In this document: one piece after another, positions 29,999 through 40,444 of the stretch
Position numbering within the stretch: position 1 is the stretch's first letter
Layout: each line of letters begins with the position of its first letter
DNA from: Alphaproteobacteria bacterium
GTDB lineage: Bacteria; Pseudomonadota; Alphaproteobacteria; SP197
DNA length: 64,000 bases
Assembly (NCBI GenBank): GCA_964291265.2
Contig: OZ219747.1
Coordinates: 3,520,001-3,584,000 of the forward strand
Direction: 5' to 3'
Notes under the pieces: model-generated
What the model saw: only the letters and a program-made list of their open reading frames with translations
Told to the model about the DNA's origin: nothing
Databases searched by the model: none
Translations under genes and position numbers: made by a program

Positions 29999-31234
29999 CT
30001 ACGCCAGCAAGGCGTCCTCATAGGGGAAGGTCGACAGGCGCTGAACGCCAGTGTCGGTGACGAGAACCTGTTCCTCGAGCTTGACACCCTCAAGACCGTC
30101 TTCGGCGCCAATGTAGCTCTCGACACACAGTGTCATGCCGGGCTCGATGACGCCGGTCGAGGAACGCTGCGGCGTGTCCGCGAAGGAGATCGAGGGATAC
30201 TCGTCGACAAGGCCGACTCCGTGGGCGGCGATGCCATACCTGCGGGCACGGAATTCACGCGGAACCGGCCACGATCTTTCGGCGGCTTCGACAAAACTCA
30301 TGCCCGGTTCGAGAATGCCGATGTTGAACTGGACCTGCTCGAAGGCAAGCGCGTAGAGCCGGCGCTGCTCGTCCGTCGGTCGTCCCGGACCGCAGAACCA
30401 GGTGCGGCTGATATCCGCGCAATAGCCGAAGGGGCCGACAAGATCGGTGTCGAGACCGATGAGTTCGCCAGCACGGATCACCCGACTCGAGGCCTCGCGG
30501 AACCAGGGATTGGTCCTGCCTCCGGATGCGAGAAGTCGGGTCTCTATCCACTCGCCGCCGAGTTCGATGTTCACCTGGTGGAGAATCGACCACAGAGCCG
30601 TCTCGCTGATGCCGGCGCGGAGTTCACCGCGCATCCTTGCCATGGCCGCCTCGCACACGGAGATGGAAACCAGCATGGCCTCGATCTCGTCCCGGGACTT
30701 GATCACCCTGGCGCGTTCCGTCACGCGTGTCCCGCTGGCGATCTCGTAGCCCATCTCCTGGAGGGCGCCGGCGCCCTCGAAGTCGAGCCGGTCGGCGGCG
30801 ATGCGCCGGCCGGCTCCATGGGCGCGCATCACGGAATCGATATCCCGGGCCCAGGCCCTGACCCGCGCCTCGATGTTCTCCGAAGCCACCATGTAGATGA
30901 AGCCCAGAGCCGGTCTGATCTCGCCGATGGTCTCCAGGTGCCGGTAGAGATGCATCGACTTCTCGTAATCGAAGAGGACGGCCTTGCCTTGGGCTGGAAC
31001 GAAGCAGTAGCGGATCGGGTTGTGGGTGAACCACACCTGCATGTTGCTGGAACCGGTGGCATAGCGGATGTTGACCGGGTCGTAGAGAATGATGCCACCC
31101 AGATCGAGGCGGTGAAGCTCACCCTGGATCCGCTCCAGGCGCCAGGCGCGCATGCGGCGAATGTCGATCTGCGGTTCGGCGTCGTGCTGGGCAATGCCCG
31201 GAGTGTTGCGTGCCAGGCGTATGGCGTCGTTCAT
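29999..31234 (-). CDS. M24 (Xaa-Pro peptidase fold) protein, DddP-like
   Basis: DPVNIRYATGSSNMQVW..HN, GGEWIETRLLASGGRTNPWF, DTDLVG..G.C.DISR, RYG..AHGVG, CVES, KLEEQ, YPY. Confidence 0.85.
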   Translation of the reverse strand: MNDAIRLARNTPGIAQHDAEPQIDIRRMRAWRLERIQGELHRLDLGGIILYDPVNIRYATGSSNMQVWFTHNPIRYCFVPAQGKAVLFDYEKSMHLYRHLETIGEIRPALGFIYMVASENIEARVRAWARDIDSVMRAHGAGRRIAADRLDFEGAGALQEMGYEIASGTRVTERARVIKSRDEIEAMLVSISVCEAAMARMRGELRAGISETALWSILHQVNIELGGEWIETRLLASGGRTNPWFREASSRVIRAGELIGLDTDLVGPFGYCADISRTWFCGPGRPTDEQRRLYALAFEQVQFNIGILEPGMSFVEAAERSWPVPREFRARRYGIAAHGVGLVDEYPSISFADTPQRSSTGVIEPGMTLCVESYIGAEDGLEGVKLEEQVLVTDTGVQRLSTFPYEDALLA

Positions 31235-31246
31235 GTCACATGCCCA

Positions 31247-32497
31247 TCATCCAAGCAGCGCCTCATCGAACGGGTATGTCGAGAGACGCTGGGGACCTGA
31301 CCGGGTCACAAGGATCTGCTCTTCGAGCTTGACACCCTCGTTGCCGTCCTCGGCGCCGATATAGCTTTCGACGCAGATGGTCATGTTCTCCTCGAGAACA
31401 CCGGGCATGGCCAGGTCGGCCTTGTCGGAAAACGTCAGGCCCGGCCACTCGTCGGCCATGCCGACGCCGTGCGCCATGGAACCGTATCGTCGCGCCATGA
31501 ATTCGTTGGGAACACGCCAGGATGACTCGGCAACATCCCGGAAGGTCCGGCCGGGGCGCATTTCCTGGATGTTGGTCTCGATCTGCTCATGGGCATAGGC
31601 ATAGAGCCGCCTCTGCTCCTCCGTCGGCTTGCCGGGACCGCAGAACCAGGTGCGCGAGATATCGGAACAGTAGCCGAAGGGTCCGATGAGATCCGTGTCG
31701 AAGGCCACCAGCTCGCCGGCCCGGATGATGCGATCGCTGCATTCCCTGAACCACGGATTGGTCCGGCCGCCGGAAGCCAGAAGTCGGGTCTCGATCCATT
31801 CGCCGCCCATGGCGATGTTCACCTGGTGGAGATGCGACCACAGCTGGTTCTCCGTGATCCCGGCGCGCAGGTTCTCATGCATCCTCGCCATCCCCGACTC
31901 GCACACGGAGATGGAGACAAGCATCGCCTGGATTTCGTCGTCGGACTTGATGGACCGGGCGCGCTCCATGACTTCCTGACCGTTGGCGATGGTGCAGCCT
32001 CTCTCCTCCAGCGCCCGGGCACCGGAGGGATCGAGATGGTCGGCGGCCAGAGTGAGGTCGCCTCCCGAGGTCTCGCGGATGACATCGACCAGTTCATCCG
32101 CCCACAGGCGGACCCTTTCCTGGTAGGTGTCGCCGGCGCCGAAGTAGGTCCAGGTGCGCGCGGGACGGACCTCGCGGATGGTCTCGAGGTGTTCAGACAG
32201 GTGAACGGCCGGAGGATAGTCGAAGAGAACGGTTCCTCCTTCGGCCGGGACCCAGCAGTACCGGTGCTGATTGTGCAGGATCCAGACCTGCATGTTGCTG
32301 GAGCCGTTGGCGTAGCGAACATTGATGGGGTCATAGAGAAGCACGCCTGCGAGAGAGCGTTCCTTCAGCATCTCCTGGACCCTGCCGAGACGGTAGCGGC
32401 GCATCCCCGGAACATCGATCTGGGGCTCGGCATCGTGCTGGGCAATCCCCGGGGTGTTGCGGGCAAGGTACTGACTGTCTGGAGAAGGTCGGAGCAT
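31247..32497 (-). CDS. M24 protein, DddP-like paralogue
   Basis: Same motif set (FDTDLIGPFGYCSDISR, HGVGMADEWP, KLEEQ, YPFDEALLG). Confidence 0.85.
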   Translation of the reverse strand: MLRPSPDSQYLARNTPGIAQHDAEPQIDVPGMRRYRLGRVQEMLKERSLAGVLLYDPINVRYANGSSNMQVWILHNQHRYCWVPAEGGTVLFDYPPAVHLSEHLETIREVRPARTWTYFGAGDTYQERVRLWADELVDVIRETSGGDLTLAADHLDPSGARALEERGCTIANGQEVMERARSIKSDDEIQAMLVSISVCESGMARMHENLRAGITENQLWSHLHQVNIAMGGEWIETRLLASGGRTNPWFRECSDRIIRAGELVAFDTDLIGPFGYCSDISRTWFCGPGKPTEEQRRLYAYAHEQIETNIQEMRPGRTFRDVAESSWRVPNEFMARRYGSMAHGVGMADEWPGLTFSDKADLAMPGVLEENMTICVESYIGAEDGNEGVKLEEQILVTRSGPQRLSTYPFDEALLG

Positions 32498-32625
32498 CGG
32501 CTTGCTGTCCCCGTCACATGATTGTCATGGAACGGACGATCAAAGGGAGTGTCAATCGCAAAAGTGCGATCGCTTCAGAGCGACCTGGGGTACAATCGCC
32601 GCACGTGTGGAGGAAGGAGAAGGCG

Positions 32626-34149
32626 ATGGCCCGTCGACGCAGGAGTCGCGCCGGTCTCGGCAGCGAGCGCAAGGCGCTCCACCTCCTCCCATGGCGCCAG
32701 GTGCGCAATCCCTTTCCGCCCATCTCGCCTCTCTGTGACGACGAGGTCGAGGTCATTCACCGGACCTCGCTCAGGGTTCTCGACGAACTCGGCATGAAGG
32801 TGCTCGACGGCGAGACCCGCAGTCTTCTCAGGAACGCCGGGGCGCGCGTGGACGAGACCGCGGAGATGGTCTTCATGGAGCCTGGCCTGGTGGAGCAGGC
32901 CATCGCCACCACGCCGCCCGTCTTCACCCTCCATGCGCGCAACCCGGCGCGCAACATCGAGGTGGGCGGCAACGCCATCAACTTCACGCCGGTTGGCGGA
33001 CCTGCCTTCACCAGCAACCTCGAGAAGGGACGGCGCGCCGGGACCTACGCGGAGTTCTGCGACTTCGTGAAGCTCGAACAGATGTTCGACGTCATCCACA
33101 TGATGGGCGTAGGCGCCTTTGCCTCTCTCGATTTGCCTGCCGAGACGCGCCATCTCGATCATGGTCTGGCAGGATACCTGTATGGCGACAAGGCCGTCCC
33201 GGTGAACCTCCTGGGCCGCGAGCGGGCGCGCGACGGCATCGAACTCGCCAAGATCGCCCTCGGCCTCGATGAGCAGGACATCGAGACAACGCCCTGCGTC
33301 CTCGGCAACATCAACACCAACTCGCCACGCCAGCTTGACGGCTCCATGGCCCAGGGACTGATCACCCTCGCCCGGTCCAACCAGCCGGTGGTGGTGACGC
33401 CCTTCACCCTGTGCGGCGCCATGGCCCCTGCGACCGTCGCGGGCGCCCTGGTGCAGCAGAACGCGGAAGCGCTCTTCGGTCTGGCCCTGATCCAGATCGT
33501 CAGGCCCGGGGCCCCCGGTCTCTATGGCGGCTTCACCAGCAACGTCGACATGAAGACCGGCGCCCCGGCCTTCGGCACCCCGGAGTATGCCCTCGCCTGT
33601 CAGGCAACCGGACAGCTGACACGGCGCTACTGCGTACCCTACCGGTCGAGCAACACCAATGCCTCGAACGCTCCCGATGCCCAGGCTGCCTACGAGAGCA
33701 TGATGTCCCTGTGGGGCGCCATCATGGGCCACGCCAATTTCCTCTTCCATGGCGCCGGCTGGCTCGAGGGCGGCCTCGTCGGCAGTTTCGAGAAACTCGT
33801 CATCGATGCGGAAATGCTGCAGATGATGGCCGTCTACCTCGAAGGGATCCGGGTCGACGAGGACAGTCTGGGATTCGATGCCATCGCCGAAGTGCAACCT
33901 GGAGGGCACTACTTCGGCGCTCGCCACACTCTGGAGCGCTACGAGACGGCCTTCTACAGCCCCTTGCTGTCGGACTGGCGGAACTTCGAGAACTGGAGCG
34001 ACTCCGGGGCCGTGGAGACGGCCGAGAGGGCCCACCGGTTATGGAAGCGCATGCTGAAGGACTACGAGGCACCACCCATCGATCCGGGCACCGTCGAGGG
34101 CCTCAACGACTATGTCGCCCGCCGCAAGGAGGACATTCTCGGCCCCTGA
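32626..34149 (+). CDS. Trimethylamine methyltransferase (MttB) family protein, no in-frame amber codon
   Basis: IHRTSLRVLDELG, INTNSPRQLD, TPFTLCGAMAPAT, NVDMKTGAPAFGTPE, HGAGWLEGGL. Confidence 0.9.
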   Translation: MARRRRSRAGLGSERKALHLLPWRQVRNPFPPISPLCDDEVEVIHRTSLRVLDELGMKVLDGETRSLLRNAGARVDETAEMVFMEPGLVEQAIATTPPVFTLHARNPARNIEVGGNAINFTPVGGPAFTSNLEKGRRAGTYAEFCDFVKLEQMFDVIHMMGVGAFASLDLPAETRHLDHGLAGYLYGDKAVPVNLLGRERARDGIELAKIALGLDEQDIETTPCVLGNINTNSPRQLDGSMAQGLITLARSNQPVVVTPFTLCGAMAPATVAGALVQQNAEALFGLALIQIVRPGAPGLYGGFTSNVDMKTGAPAFGTPEYALACQATGQLTRRYCVPYRSSNTNASNAPDAQAAYESMMSLWGAIMGHANFLFHGAGWLEGGLVGSFEKLVIDAEMLQMMAVYLEGIRVDEDSLGFDAIAEVQPGGHYFGARHTLERYETAFYSPLLSDWRNFENWSDSGAVETAERAHRLWKRMLKDYEAPPIDPGTVEGLNDYVARRKEDILGP

Positions 34150-34156
34150 TCCCCTT

Positions 34157-35482
34157 TCAGGTGTCCCAGAAACGGACGGGCCGGCCCGTTGGCGTGTCGC
34201 TGATCTCGCCGTCGCGCATGGCCACATGCCCGCGGATCACGGTGGCCTGCGGCCAACCGGTGACCTTCATGCCGTCGTAGGCCGTCCATCCACACCTGGC
34301 ATGCTGCCCGGCATGGCAGATCGTGCGCGTTTCCTTCAGATCGACGAGCGTCAGGTCCCCGTCGTATCCGACGGCGATACGGCCCTTGCCACGGATGTTG
34401 TAGATTCTCTGGGGTCCGTAGCACAGGAGGTCGACCAGGCGCTCGAGACTCAGGCGCCCCTCGGACACGTGGTTCAGCAGGAGCGGCAGGAGCGTCTCGA
34501 CACCCGGCATGCCACCCGGCGTGTCCGGATAGGGCCGCCGCTTCTGCTCGGCCGTATGCGGCGCGTGATCCGATCCCACCACATCGACGATTCCCTGGTC
34601 AATCCCGTGCCACAGGGCGTCCCTGTGACGGGAATCACGAATCGGCGGATTGACCTGGGCGAAGCCACCCAGGCGCTCGTAGCAGTCCGGGGCCGCGAGG
34701 GTGAGATGCTGGGGCAGCAATTCGACGGTTGCGACATCCCTGACGCTGCCAAGAAAAGCAATCTCCTCGGCGGTCGTCACGTGAAGAACATGGATCGGCC
34801 GCGCCGCATCGCGGGCCAGGGCCACGATGCGCCGTGTGGCCTTCAGCGCCGTCTCGACATCCCGCCAGACGGGGTGCGCCCTCGGATGCCCCTCCTCGAC
34901 CGCCAGATGGCGGCGTTCGGCCAGACGGAACTCGTCCTCGGCGTGGATGGCGACGCGCCGTCTGCCGGATTGCAGAACGGATGCGAGTGCGGCGTCGTCT
35001 GCAACCAGCAGGCTGCCCGTGGAACTCCCCATGAAGATCTTGACGCCACAGCAACCGGGATGGAGTTCCAGTTCGGCCAGTCCGTCGTGATTGTCAGCGC
35101 TGGCGCCGGCGAAGAACGCGTGATCGCACCACATGCCGCGTGCTCTCTCGAGCTTGTCCTCCAGGGCTGCAGGCGTTGTCGTCGGCGGGTCGGTGTTCGG
35201 CATTTCGAAGACGGCGACCACACCGCCGGCAACGGCTGAACGTGATCCGTTGGCAAGATCCTCCTTCTCCTCGTGTCCGGGCTCGCGAAAGTGCACCTGG
35301 GTATCGATGATACCTGGCAGGATCACAAGTCCACGTGCATCGAGCGAGGTCCCGGCCGCAGTCGACGGTACATCACCGATGGCGGCAATCCGGCCATCGG
35401 TGACGGCCACATCCGCCTGGCGCCGTCCGGCGGGGGTCATCACCTCGCCACCGGCAACAACGAGATCGAAGGTCTTGCTCAT
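34157..35482 (-). CDS. pyrC: Dihydroorotase
   Basis: DTQVHFREPG, EMPNT, KIFMGSSTG, HAEDE, VNPPIR, GSDHAPH. Confidence 0.88.
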   Translation of the reverse strand: MSKTFDLVVAGGEVMTPAGRRQADVAVTDGRIAAIGDVPSTAAGTSLDARGLVILPGIIDTQVHFREPGHEEKEDLANGSRSAVAGGVVAVFEMPNTDPPTTTPAALEDKLERARGMWCDHAFFAGASADNHDGLAELELHPGCCGVKIFMGSSTGSLLVADDAALASVLQSGRRRVAIHAEDEFRLAERRHLAVEEGHPRAHPVWRDVETALKATRRIVALARDAARPIHVLHVTTAEEIAFLGSVRDVATVELLPQHLTLAAPDCYERLGGFAQVNPPIRDSRHRDALWHGIDQGIVDVVGSDHAPHTAEQKRRPYPDTPGGMPGVETLLPLLLNHVSEGRLSLERLVDLLCYGPQRIYNIRGKGRIAVGYDGDLTLVDLKETRTICHAGQHARCGWTAYDGMKVTGWPQATVIRGHVAMRDGEISDTPTGRPVRFWDT

Positions 35483-36225
35483 GGTTCGTCATCCCTTCCG
35501 CTCAGGTGAAAACCGGGCATGTCACTGATAATCGAATCGACACCGGAATTCATGAGTGTCTGCGCTTCGTCGGCATCGTTCACCGTGTAGACGGCAACGC
35601 GTCGACCCCGGCGATGAGCACGGGAGACGAATTCCGGGGTGGCCAGGGACGGATCAACGTGAATGCCGGCGCACCCGAGAAGGGCCGCGTGCCAGGACCA
35701 CAGACGGCGCAACCGGTGTCCCATGATCAGGGCGAGGGGCCAGCGATACCCGGCGAGACGGGCATGATAGAGAACTGCGAGACTGAAGCTCGACACCAGG
35801 GGGCGCTGCCGTCCGGCAGGCCACCGGCTGCGGATGATGTCCGTCGCCCGCCGCGCCAGCGTCATGAGACCACCGCCGTCGGCCTTGATTTCCACATTGG
35901 GAGTCAGGCCCAGGACAATGCAGGCATCGACCGCCTGAACCAGGGTCGGCACCCGTTCCCCCGACCACACGGAATCAAACCAGCTTCCGGCATCGAGGGC
36001 ACCGAGATCCGTGCTGCGCACCTCGTCGATCAGCCGGTCAACACCGGTGGTGCGAAGAAGACTGCGATCATGCAGCACCACCGGGACATCGTCGCCGGCA
36101 AGACGGACATCGAACTCAACCCATTCCAGGCCTTCCTCGGCGGCACGCGCCAGTCCCCCCAGGGTGTTTTCCGGAGCCCTCGCCGCCACGCCGCGGTGGC
36201 CGATGACGGATGGAGCTTCGATCAT
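35479..36225 (-). CDS. ugpQ: Glycerophosphodiester phosphodiesterase
   Basis: GHRG..APENTL, EFDV, LHD, NVEIK, YTVND. Confidence 0.88.
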   Translation of the reverse strand: MIEAPSVIGHRGVAARAPENTLGGLARAAEEGLEWVEFDVRLAGDDVPVVLHDRSLLRTTGVDRLIDEVRSTDLGALDAGSWFDSVWSGERVPTLVQAVDACIVLGLTPNVEIKADGGGLMTLARRATDIIRSRWPAGRQRPLVSSFSLAVLYHARLAGYRWPLALIMGHRLRRLWSWHAALLGCAGIHVDPSLATPEFVSRAHRRGRRVAVYTVNDADEAQTLMNSGVDSIISDMPGFHLSGRDDEP

Positions 36226-36230
36226 GCCGT

Positions 36231-38549
36231 TCAGCCGATCAGAACGTCCTGGCCACGTCTGACCAGGCTGTGAGCGATGATCATGCGCTGGATTTCACTG
36301 GTTCCTTCCCAGATCCGCTCCACGCGCAGTTCCCGATAGAACCTCTCTGCCGCGTACTCGCGCATATAGCCACGACCGCCGAAGATCTGCACCGCCCGAT
36401 CAGCGACCCGATTGGCCATTTCCGAACAATGGAGCTTCGCCATGGAGCACATGGCGTGCTGGACCTTGACGTCCTCCCCCTCATCGATAACCGCGGCGAG
36501 GCGGTGAACCATCAGGCGGCCAGCCCACAGCTCCACGAGGCTGTCGGCCAGCATGAACGATATCGCCTGGTTGGCCACGATCGGCCGGCCGAACTGGATG
36601 CGCTCCAGTGCAAAGGCGAGCGCTTCGTCGATGAGGCGGCTGGCGGCCCCGCAGCAGCGCGCCGCGATACCGAAGCGTTCCTGGCGAAACCACTCATGGA
36701 TCCCGGTGCGGCCATCGCCTCCAGGATCGATCAGTGCGTCGGCGGTCACCCTGACCGAATCGAATCGCACGATCGGATGATGGGAGGGGTAGGTGTGGCT
36801 GTAGGCGGGCGTGCGCACGACCTCGACACCCCTGGCATCGCTGTCGACATAGAAGAGCCCGTGGTGACCATTCTCGAAGCGCGCCTGAACGATGACGATG
36901 CCGGCCCGGTTGAAGCCGGTGACATGCCACTTCGTTCCGTTCAGCACCCAGCCGTTTCCGGAACGCACAGCGGTCGTTTCGATGGCATCGACATCGCTCC
37001 CCGCTCCTTCTTCGGTGACAGCGTAGCACTCGCTCGTGGCGCCTTCGAGCAGTGGCTGGACCCAAGCTTCCATCTGTGACGGTGTCGCCGCGCGCACCAG
37101 GAAGGGAGAGACATCATGGAAGAAGAAGCCGACGCCGTTGGTCAGCCTTCCGACCTCTTCCCAGATACCGGCCATGGCCCCGGCAGTGAACCCGCCGCCG
37201 CCGGCCTCCTTCGGCACCTGAGGCAGCCACAGGCCCATGTCCCGGGCAGTACGGAGATGACGCTCCCGGATGTCATCTGGAATCTGTCCGTCATTCATCT
37301 CGGCAACCTGCTCGAGTGGCAGGCGCTCGGCATCGATGAAGGGTCGCAACCTGCTGCGCCAGGCCAGGGCTTCGGCGCTCTCGCCGGCACCGGTGAGAGC
37401 ATCCTGGCCCCGTTTCAGCAGGCCATCGGCAATGATCACGCGCTGGATTTCGCTGGTACCTTCCCAGATCCGGTCAACCCTGAGTTCCCGGTAGAATCTC
37501 TCGGCTACATTCTCGCGCATGTAACCGCGCCCACCGAAGATCTGCACGGCGCGATCGGCCGTCCGGTGCGCGAATTCCGAGCAGAAGAGCTTGGCCATGG
37601 CGCACTTGCCATGGAGAACCTTGACGTCGTCTTCCCGGTCCATGGCCTGTGCCACGTCGTAGGTCATGAGTCGTCCTGCCCAAAGCTCGGTCAGACTGTC
37701 AGCCAGGGGAAACTGGACCGCCTGGTTGTGCCAGATCGGCCGGCCAAACTGAACGCGGTTCCTGGCAAAGGCGAGTGCCTCGTCGATGAGACGGCTGGCG
37801 GCGCCGCAGCAGCGTGCCGCAATCTTCATTCGTTCCTGGCGAAACCAGGCGTATGTCCACTGAAGACCGTCACCTTTTTCGTCGATGAGACTGTCCGCAG
37901 GCACGTGGACGTCGCGGAACTCCATCTCCAGGTGATGGCCACGGCAGTGATGCATGTAGCGCGGCGTGCGCAGGACGGTGACACCGGACGCTCCCTTTTC
38001 CACCCAGAACAGCGCGTGGCGGCCATCCTCGAGCCTTGCCTGGAAGATGATCCAGTCGGAGAGGTTGGCTCCGGTGACATGCATCTTGGTTCCGTTGAGG
38101 AGCCAGCCGTTGCCGTCGCGCCGCGCGGTTGCCTCGATGGCACCGACGTCACTGCCGGTTCCGGGTTCGGTAATGGCATAGGCGACCCGCTTGCGTCCCT
38201 CGATCAGGGGCCGGATGAAGGTCTCCATCTGCCAGGGGGTCGCCGTGTGCCAGAGAAACGGCGACAGATCATGATAGCAGCCCCACAGGCCGTTGGTGGC
38301 CCTGCCCAGGGCTTCCTGGATCACGGCAATCTCGAAGCATGACAGATGGCGACCGCCACTCTCGTCCGGAAGGGAGGGATAGAGGAGACCCATCTCCTCC
38401 GTTGCCCGGAGAATTGCGGCATGGGCTTCATCGGCGATGAAGCCATCGTTCATCTCGGCCTCGACCTCCCGCGGCTGGAGTTCATTCTCGACAAGGGCGC
38501 GCAAGGCCTCCTGCCATTGCCGGGCCTTCGCGGACATCGGATAGACCAT
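36231..38549 (-). CDS. Tandem double acyl-CoA dehydrogenase (two complete ACAD units in one ORF)
   Basis: Two copies each of ITEP/VTEE..GSD, LNGTK.HVTG, R.QFGRPI..NQA, QIFGGRGYM and RIWEGTSEIQR; AGGAG RBS. Confidence 0.9.
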   Translation of the reverse strand: MVYPMSAKARQWQEALRALVENELQPREVEAEMNDGFIADEAHAAILRATEEMGLLYPSLPDESGGRHLSCFEIAVIQEALGRATNGLWGCYHDLSPFLWHTATPWQMETFIRPLIEGRKRVAYAITEPGTGSDVGAIEATARRDGNGWLLNGTKMHVTGANLSDWIIFQARLEDGRHALFWVEKGASGVTVLRTPRYMHHCRGHHLEMEFRDVHVPADSLIDEKGDGLQWTYAWFRQERMKIAARCCGAASRLIDEALAFARNRVQFGRPIWHNQAVQFPLADSLTELWAGRLMTYDVAQAMDREDDVKVLHGKCAMAKLFCSEFAHRTADRAVQIFGGRGYMRENVAERFYRELRVDRIWEGTSEIQRVIIADGLLKRGQDALTGAGESAEALAWRSRLRPFIDAERLPLEQVAEMNDGQIPDDIRERHLRTARDMGLWLPQVPKEAGGGGFTAGAMAGIWEEVGRLTNGVGFFFHDVSPFLVRAATPSQMEAWVQPLLEGATSECYAVTEEGAGSDVDAIETTAVRSGNGWVLNGTKWHVTGFNRAGIVIVQARFENGHHGLFYVDSDARGVEVVRTPAYSHTYPSHHPIVRFDSVRVTADALIDPGGDGRTGIHEWFRQERFGIAARCCGAASRLIDEALAFALERIQFGRPIVANQAISFMLADSLVELWAGRLMVHRLAAVIDEGEDVKVQHAMCSMAKLHCSEMANRVADRAVQIFGGRGYMREYAAERFYRELRVERIWEGTSEIQRMIIAHSLVRRGQDVLIG

Positions 38550-38644
38550 GGACAACTCCTTACCGGACGGAACGACCGTCGCTACACTGCGACCGGGCGC
38601 CATGGTGGCGCAAGACCTTCCCCTTCTCCGGGAGTGAACGACAC

Positions 38645-40444
38645 ATGACGGACCATCGTCTCGACCGCATGCTCAATCCCCGATCCATTGCCGTGGTCGG
38701 CGCTTCTCAGCGGGAAGGCAGTGCCGGTCACGGGATGATGCACGGCCTCATCAACGCCGGGTTTGACGGCGACATCTTCCCGATCAATCCGCGTTACCGG
38801 AACGTCGCCGGTCTCCCGTGCCATGAGTCCCTCACGGACCTGCCGCAACCTGTCGACCTTGCCATGCTCGGCGTCAACAGCATTCGCCTTGAAGGACAGC
38901 TCGACGATGCCATCGCCGCAGGCGCCGGAAGCGCCGTCATCTTCGATACCTGCTATCTTGCCGGGGAGAGCGACAGAGGGCTTCTCGACCGCCTGAAGAC
39001 CAAGGCAAGGGCCGCCGATCTCCCGGTCTGTGGCGGCAACGGCATGGGGTTCATCAATCTCTCGCGGCGGCTGCCCGTCACCATCTTCGACGCCTCGTCC
39101 AAGTTGCGTGACGGGGGCAACGTCGCCTTCATCACCCATTCGGGAACCGTGTTCAGCGAAATCGGCATCAACGACTTCCGCTATGCCTGCAATCTGATCG
39201 TCTCCTGCGGCCAGGAGATCAACGGCACCATGGCCGACTACATGGACTATGCGCTCAACATGGATACGACAAGGGTCGTCGCACTCTTCATCGAGGAGGC
39301 GCGAGACTCCCGGGCCTTCACGGCGGCCCTGGAGAAGGCGCGCGTGCAGGACATCCCGGTGGTGGCCATGAAGGTCGGCCGGACCAGGCTCGCCGCCGAA
39401 TTCGCTCGCGTTCATTCCGATGCCGATACCGGCAATGACAAGGCCTACCAGGCCGTCTTCGATCACTACGGCGTCATGCGCGTCGGCAGCATGGATGAAA
39501 TGGCGAATCTTCTCGCCCTGCTCTCCCACCGACGCCCGCTCGCTCGGGGCGGGATCGGCGTCGTTCTCGATTCGGGCGGCGAAAGGGAGATGTTCACCGA
39601 CCTGGCTGAAGACACCAAAGTTCCCCTGGCCGTCATCACGAGCGAGACGCAGGCGCGTATCCGCCCTCACCTCCACCATGCCCTGGAGCCCGTCAATCCC
39701 CTCGATGCCTGGGGCACCGCCCACAACTACGAGGATGACTTCGAGGCCTACTTTCTCGCCATGTCACAAGATCCCGGTGTCGCCATGGTCACGTTCTGTG
39801 GTGATTTCCAGTGGAACCCCAGTGTCGAGCGCGGCTACGCGAAGGCGCTCGTCGCGGCATCCGGTCAGACCGGCAAACCCGTTTCGGCCATCCTCAACAC
39901 TCCGATGTCAGGCCTGATGACGGCTGGCCGGGACATGAGCAGGCACGGCATTGTCGTCCTTTGCGGCACCAGGGAATCGCTGCTTGCCATCCGGCACGCG
40001 CTTGCCTGGCGGAACCGCACGCTCCCTCGGCCTCCGGTGGCCGCTCCGTGCCACCCTGCCCTTGACGACGATTTCCCCGCCGCGCTTGGCCTTGCCCGAT
40101 CCACGCGAGAGAGTCGCATGAGCGCGATGCCGACCATTCTCCTGAAGGTCGACCCTGCCTTCGGTCCTCTCGTGGGCCTGCGCCGCGGCGGGTCGGATGA
40201 GGAGGTGTGGGCCCTGCCGGGAATCGATCCCGCAACGGCCTGCACGCTCATCGACCGGCTCTACGGGACATGGTTTCCGGGTACCGCCGACCTCCGTCGG
40301 GGTCTCGCCGGTGTCGTGTCGCTGTTTTCGTCCATCGCACCGGACCTTGCAGTCAAGGTGACGTCACTTGAACTCGGTCCGATTCTCGAAGAAGGGGGCG
40401 GCATGGCATGTGCCGGCTTCACGTGGCAGAACGCCGGGGCGTGA
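38645..40444 (+). CDS. Acetate--CoA ligase (ADP-forming) family protein with shortened ATP-grasp tail
   Basis: NPRSIAVVGAS, FPINPRY, GGNGMG, THSG, KVGRT, NPLD. Confidence 0.82.
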   Translation: MTDHRLDRMLNPRSIAVVGASQREGSAGHGMMHGLINAGFDGDIFPINPRYRNVAGLPCHESLTDLPQPVDLAMLGVNSIRLEGQLDDAIAAGAGSAVIFDTCYLAGESDRGLLDRLKTKARAADLPVCGGNGMGFINLSRRLPVTIFDASSKLRDGGNVAFITHSGTVFSEIGINDFRYACNLIVSCGQEINGTMADYMDYALNMDTTRVVALFIEEARDSRAFTAALEKARVQDIPVVAMKVGRTRLAAEFARVHSDADTGNDKAYQAVFDHYGVMRVGSMDEMANLLALLSHRRPLARGGIGVVLDSGGEREMFTDLAEDTKVPLAVITSETQARIRPHLHHALEPVNPLDAWGTAHNYEDDFEAYFLAMSQDPGVAMVTFCGDFQWNPSVERGYAKALVAASGQTGKPVSAILNTPMSGLMTAGRDMSRHGIVVLCGTRESLLAIRHALAWRNRTLPRPPVAAPCHPALDDDFPAALGLARSTRESRMSAMPTILLKVDPAFGPLVGLRRGGSDEEVWALPGIDPATACTLIDRLYGTWFPGTADLRRGLAGVVSLFSSIAPDLAVKVTSLELGPILEEGGGMACAGFTWQNAGA

